Source: Nibricoccus sp. (GTDB taxonomy: Bacteria > Verrucomicrobiota > Verrucomicrobiia > Opitutales > Opitutaceae). From it: a stretch of DNA of 64,000 bases. Position numbers and translations under genes: made by a program. Below the pieces are notes generated by a model. It did not search any database. It was not told the origin of the DNA and saw only the letters and a program-made list of their open reading frames with translations. Numbering within the stretch: position 1 is the stretch's first letter; each line of letters begins with the position of its first letter. Location: positions 1,472,001 to 1,536,000 of the forward strand of contig JASGHG010000001.1 in assembly GCA_047602425.1 (NCBI GenBank), written 5' to 3'. Shown in pieces: positions 60,331-64,000 of this stretch.

Positions 60331-61803
60331 TTACGCCCCTGGCCTGAGCTGCGGGAAAAGGATCACGTCGCGGATGCTTTCGGCGCCGGTCAGCAGGATG
60401 CAGAGACGGTCGATGCCCACGCCCATGCCACCGGCGGGCGGCATGCCGTGTTCGAGCGCGCGGAGAAAATCCTCGTCGATGTTCTGCTTTTCCTCGCCGG
60501 CCTGCGCTTCGAACATCTGGCGCTGCACGAACGGGTCGTTCTGCTCCGAGTAGGCCGGGGCGACTTCCATGCCGCCGATCGTCAGCTCGAAAACGTCGAT
60601 CGTGGTCGGATCGTCGATCGTGATTTTGGCCAGCGGGCAAAGTTCCTTCGGCAGGTGCGTGACAAACGTCGGTTGGATCAGCGTGGGCTCGATTTTCTTG
60701 GAGAAAATTTCGTTGGTGATTTCGAATTCCTCCCACGCCGGATTGACTCCGCAGCCGAGTTTTTCGGCGCCAGCGATCTTCTCGGCCTTGCTGCGCTCGA
60801 ACCAGTTGGCATCGCCAGTGACTTCACGGATGAGGTCCTTGTACTTCACTTCGCGCCATTCGCCGGCGAAGTCGATCATCTGGCCGCTCGCGGGATGGAC
60901 AATCTTGGTGGTGCCGAGGATTTCCGTGCAGATCGAGGTGAGCAGGTCCTTGATGAGCGCCATCATGCCGCGGAAATCGCTGTAGGCCTGATAGACCTCC
61001 ATCATGGTGAACTCGGGATTGTGGCGACGCGAAATGCCTTCGTTGCGGAAGTTGCGGCCAATTTCGAACACGCGGTCAAAGCCGCCAACGAGCATGCGCT
61101 TGAGGTAAAGTTCGAGGGAGATGCGCAGGAAGAAATCGACGCCAAGCGCGTTGTGGTGGGTATTGAATGGTTTGGCTGCGGCGCCGCCGGCGATGTTTTG
61201 CAGCACAGGTGTCTCGACCTCGATGAACTTGCGCTTTTCGAGGAAGGAGCGGATGTGCGAGATGATGCGCGAGCGGAGCTGCAGGCGCTTGCGTGACTCT
61301 TCGTTGACGATCACGTCGAGGTAGCGCTGGCGGTAAACCTGCTCGGGATCGGTCAGGCCGTGCCATTTTTCGGGGAGCGGATGCAGCGCCTTCGAGACAA
61401 GTGTGAAGGCGTCGACGCGAATGGTGATTTCGCCGGTCTTGGTTTTGAAAAGCGTGCCGGTGACACCGATGATGTCGCCCAGATCGAGCATCTTTTTGAA
61501 AACGCCGTAGCGTTCTTCGCCGAGGACGTCTTTGCGGAAATAGAGCTGGATCTGGCCCTGTTGATCCTGGATTTTCACGAACGAGCTGCCACCCTGCACG
61601 CGGAAGGTGACGAGGCGTCCTGCGCAGGAAACCGTCACGGCGTAATCCTGGCCGTCGACATAAAGCGCTTTGGTGTCGGCCGAGAAATGCGTCGTGTTCA
61701 CGTTGGCCCGGAACGGGTCCTGGCCCGCGGCGCGCAAGTCTTGCAGCTTCTTGAGCCGCACGGCGTACTGGTCGTGGGAAATATCGGTCGGATTGTCGCT
61801 CAT
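60331..61803 (-). CDS. lysS: Lysine--tRNA ligase (class II)
   Basis: LPEKWHGL, YRQRYLD, FRNEGISRRHNPEFT, GMPPAGGMGVGIDRL. Confidence 0.97.
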   Translation of the reverse strand: MSDNPTDISHDQYAVRLKKLQDLRAAGQDPFRANVNTTHFSADTKALYVDGQDYAVTVSCAGRLVTFRVQGGSSFVKIQDQQGQIQLYFRKDVLGEERYGVFKKMLDLGDIIGVTGTLFKTKTGEITIRVDAFTLVSKALHPLPEKWHGLTDPEQVYRQRYLDVIVNEESRKRLQLRSRIISHIRSFLEKRKFIEVETPVLQNIAGGAAAKPFNTHHNALGVDFFLRISLELYLKRMLVGGFDRVFEIGRNFRNEGISRRHNPEFTMMEVYQAYSDFRGMMALIKDLLTSICTEILGTTKIVHPASGQMIDFAGEWREVKYKDLIREVTGDANWFERSKAEKIAGAEKLGCGVNPAWEEFEITNEIFSKKIEPTLIQPTFVTHLPKELCPLAKITIDDPTTIDVFELTIGGMEVAPAYSEQNDPFVQRQMFEAQAGEEKQNIDEDFLRALEHGMPPAGGMGVGIDRLCILLTGAESIRDVILFPQLRPGA

Positions 61804-61862
61804 GATTGGAACCGGTTACCGTGACAACCCGGCGATTGGGGAGCAATGGGAAAACTCAGGCT

Positions 61863-62339
61863 TCAAGCTAAGCAATCGTATATGTAGATGACTCCCTTAT
61901 CCTCCGACCAACGATACCCACCAAGCTCGCAGATATGATCGAGCAATTCCCGGAGAGTACAATTATCCATTTCAAACGCAGAAATGTCGCGGGTACCTGT
62001 GTACTTCAATTGTACCCCAAGATTGGAGATCTCCGGTATTGCCAGAAAGAAGTCAGATGCAGGGCCCGTATCGTGAGAATATGACAGTCTACGGTCCAAC
62101 GACTTCAGATCAAAAATGGTCAGAAAAGTCATTTTAAAGAGCGCTGAATGCTCAATCTCATGTCGATACGAAGTACCTGATAAAAGTTCGCCAATCGCGT
62201 CGTCTAAGTTTCTGGACCTGAGCTTAGCAGTAATCGTGTGCCCTTGAATATCGGCCCCAACTTTTGTTGCTCCGTAAAATGAGCAGACCGTTTCCAACGC
62301 CCTGTCCAATGGTTCATCAACAAAACTAAAGCGTTCCAT
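61863..62339 (-). CDS. Hypothetical low-GC protein with STN-like segments
   Basis: Open 158-codon frame. PLDRALETV, NLDDAIGELLSGTSY and TLRELLDHIC...GYRW resemble secretin/TonB N-terminal repeats. Confidence 0.5.
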   Translation of the reverse strand: MERFSFVDEPLDRALETVCSFYGATKVGADIQGHTITAKLRSRNLDDAIGELLSGTSYRHEIEHSALFKMTFLTIFDLKSLDRRLSYSHDTGPASDFFLAIPEISNLGVQLKYTGTRDISAFEMDNCTLRELLDHICELGGYRWSEDKGVIYIYDCLA

Positions 62340-62374
62340 CTGTTAGCCGAGCGCAGTCATCCTAGGAGCGTTTT

Positions 62375-62938
62375 TCACACCTTCGGCTTCGCCAGCATCT
62401 TTTCCGCCCGCTCGACGATGCCTTCGACGGGCCAGAGACGGCCAATGCCTTCGTAACCGCAGGCGAGCATGCCTTCCTCGGGGCCGATGAATTCAACTCC
62501 CCTCCCTTGCAGCGTGGACACGTTGGCCACGGTCGCTGGGTGAAGCCACATTTTGCCGTTCATCGCCGGGGCGATCAGAATCGGCGCGCGGCAAACGAGG
62601 TGCAATGAACTCAAAAAATCCGGCGCCAGCCCATGAGCGAATTGCGCGATGACGTCCGCTGTCGCGGGCGCGACGAGCAACAAATCGGCTCTGTCCGCCA
62701 GATCGACGTGACCCGGCTGCCAGCCACCTTGGCCTTCGCTCCACTGATCCGCCGCAACCGGCTGGCGGGCGAGTGTTTGAAGCGTGAGCGGCGTGATGAA
62801 TTTTTGCGCCGCAGCCGTCATCACAGGGAAAACCTCCGCGCCGCGTTTGCGCAGCTGGCTGACGAGATCGGCGGCTTTGTAGGCCGCGATCGAACCGGTC
62901 ACACCGAGGACGATTTTCTTTCCGGAGAGGGAGGACAT
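62375..62938 (-). CDS. coaC: Stand-alone phosphopantothenoylcysteine decarboxylase
   Basis: LGVTGSIAAYK, HVDLA, VAPATA, APAMN..MW, GMLACGYEG.GRL. Confidence 0.93.
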   Translation of the reverse strand: MSSLSGKKIVLGVTGSIAAYKAADLVSQLRKRGAEVFPVMTAAAQKFITPLTLQTLARQPVAADQWSEGQGGWQPGHVDLADRADLLLVAPATADVIAQFAHGLAPDFLSSLHLVCRAPILIAPAMNGKMWLHPATVANVSTLQGRGVEFIGPEEGMLACGYEGIGRLWPVEGIVERAEKMLAKPKV

Positions 62939-63106
62939 GTCGGGAACTAACCAATTCCCCCGCCCGCTCGCAAGCGTTGAAAGCGGAGAGAGTAAACCCA
63001 CCAGCTGCAGAAAGCCCTGGGTGCAACGACTTGACTCAAGACGCGTCCGTTCCGATCCGGCGCATTGAGGTCAATGCGCTCCATCTCAGCAGGCGCGCCC
63101 TGACGG

Positions 63107-63421
63107 TCAGTCCAGATGAAATACTTCCTTCAGCCCATGCGACACCGGGCTGTTATCCGGGTTGCTCGGCATGATGTCGCCCATGTACTTCCACCAGCGC
63201 TGGCAGATGGGCGTCTGCGCAACCGCGGCCCAGCGTTCCTCGGACTCGATTTCGACGTAACCGAAAAGTTGATACGTCGTAGGATCGAAGAAGATCGAAT
63301 AATTGTGCGAACCATGCGCCCGCAATACTTCGGCCAGTTCGTCCCAAATGGGACGGTGGCGGCGCTCATACTCGATTTCTTGTCCACGGTTGACCGACAT
63401 GACGAAGGCTTTGCGAATCAT
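63107..63421 (-). CDS. rhaM: L-rhamnose mutarotase
   Basis: [51 protein letters not shown]. Confidence 0.95.
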   Translation of the reverse strand: MIRKAFVMSVNRGQEIEYERRHRPIWDELAEVLRAHGSHNYSIFFDPTTYQLFGYVEIESEERWAAVAQTPICQRWWKYMGDIMPSNPDNSPVSHGLKEVFHLD

Positions 63422-63521
63422 AAGATAAGGGTAAGGGTTGCGGCGAAGCTCGTTGATTTTTTCACCGGTTGCACGCCGATTCAAAACGGACCGTCAAATC
63501 GACGTCGCGCCGCAACACGCT

Positions 63522-64000
63522 TCAACCCGCCGCCCAGCGCAATAAAAGGCAGAAAGCCGCGATCATACCGCCCGATAGCACGCAGCAGGCCGCAAAACCC
63601 ACAAGATCCACGCGATTCCAACGCGTAAATTCCCACGAAGAATTCGGCCCTAGCAGTTTCTGGGCGTCAAAGCGGTGCGGTTCAGCCCGGGTGGCTTCCA
63701 TCGCCCGTGTGTCCTGGTCGGTGGTTTCGCCCACCGGGGTTTTCATTTTGCCAAAAAACAGCGCGGTGTCCTCCGGCTTCCGCGCATGCGTCACGAGGCT
63801 AACCATGATCAATATCACAAAAGGAAAGGCCACGTCCCAAAGAAATTGCGCCGCCAAGCGCCCACTCGAACCGAACCGTTCCACATCGACCCCGAGTTTC
63901 GAGAGCAGGAAAACCTCGATATTGAGGCGTCCCCGGCCTTCGAGCGGACTGGCCAGATCACCCGGCACCGAATGCGCCACGGCGTCGAAATACACCGGCG
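63522..64000 (-). CDS. C-terminal part of a membrane transporter, probably a sodium:solute symporter
   Basis: PFVILIMVSLVT, FFGKMKTPV and a terminal TM helix. The gene extends off the right edge. Confidence 0.55.
   Translation of the reverse strand, partial: PVYFDAVAHSVPGDLASPLEGRGRLNIEVFLLSKLGVDVERFGSSGRLAAQFLWDVAFPFVILIMVSLVTHARKPEDTALFFGKMKTPVGETTDQDTRAMEATRAEPHRFDAQKLLGPNSSWEFTRWNRVDLVGFAACCVLSGGMIAAFCLLLRWAAG

Overview
This is a GC-rich bacterial chromosome segment, probably Verrucomicrobiota/Opitutaceae (inferred from a VPDSG-CTERM protein, OB-fold-repeat sensor kinases and the repeat families). The housekeeping backbone is smc (5' part), gcvT-gcvH, purA, glgP, mutL, argH, prfA, a lysS-lolC/E-lolD-Gfo/Idh/MocA-lpxB run, split coaC and coaB, and rhaM. 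Two accessory regions stand out. (1) At 17.6-20.9 kb there is an integron-like cassette array with no integrase in the window. One attC site is split by an intact IS110/IS1111-type element with sub-terminal inverted repeats and a ~385 bp downstream non-coding region, a candidate bridge/seekRNA. (2) At 41.8-55.0 kb there is a 13-gene type II PKS/FAS-like aryl-lipid cluster: Hyg5/XanB2-type chorismatase, AMP-ligase, 2 ACPs, 2 KS plus a CLF-like partner, 2 acyltransferases, GT2, LolA-like carrier, MMPL exporter and a B12-dependent radical SAM enzyme. It has no ketoreductase or dehydratase. Intergenic DNA holds several small repeat families (GTAG REP doublets, CACAGAG hairpins, TGTCAT-N7-ATGACA pairs) and two unrelated indel-free 21-nt-period arrays. 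I recognised no rRNA, tRNA or CRISPR array. Start codons were chosen by eye and may be off by a few codons.
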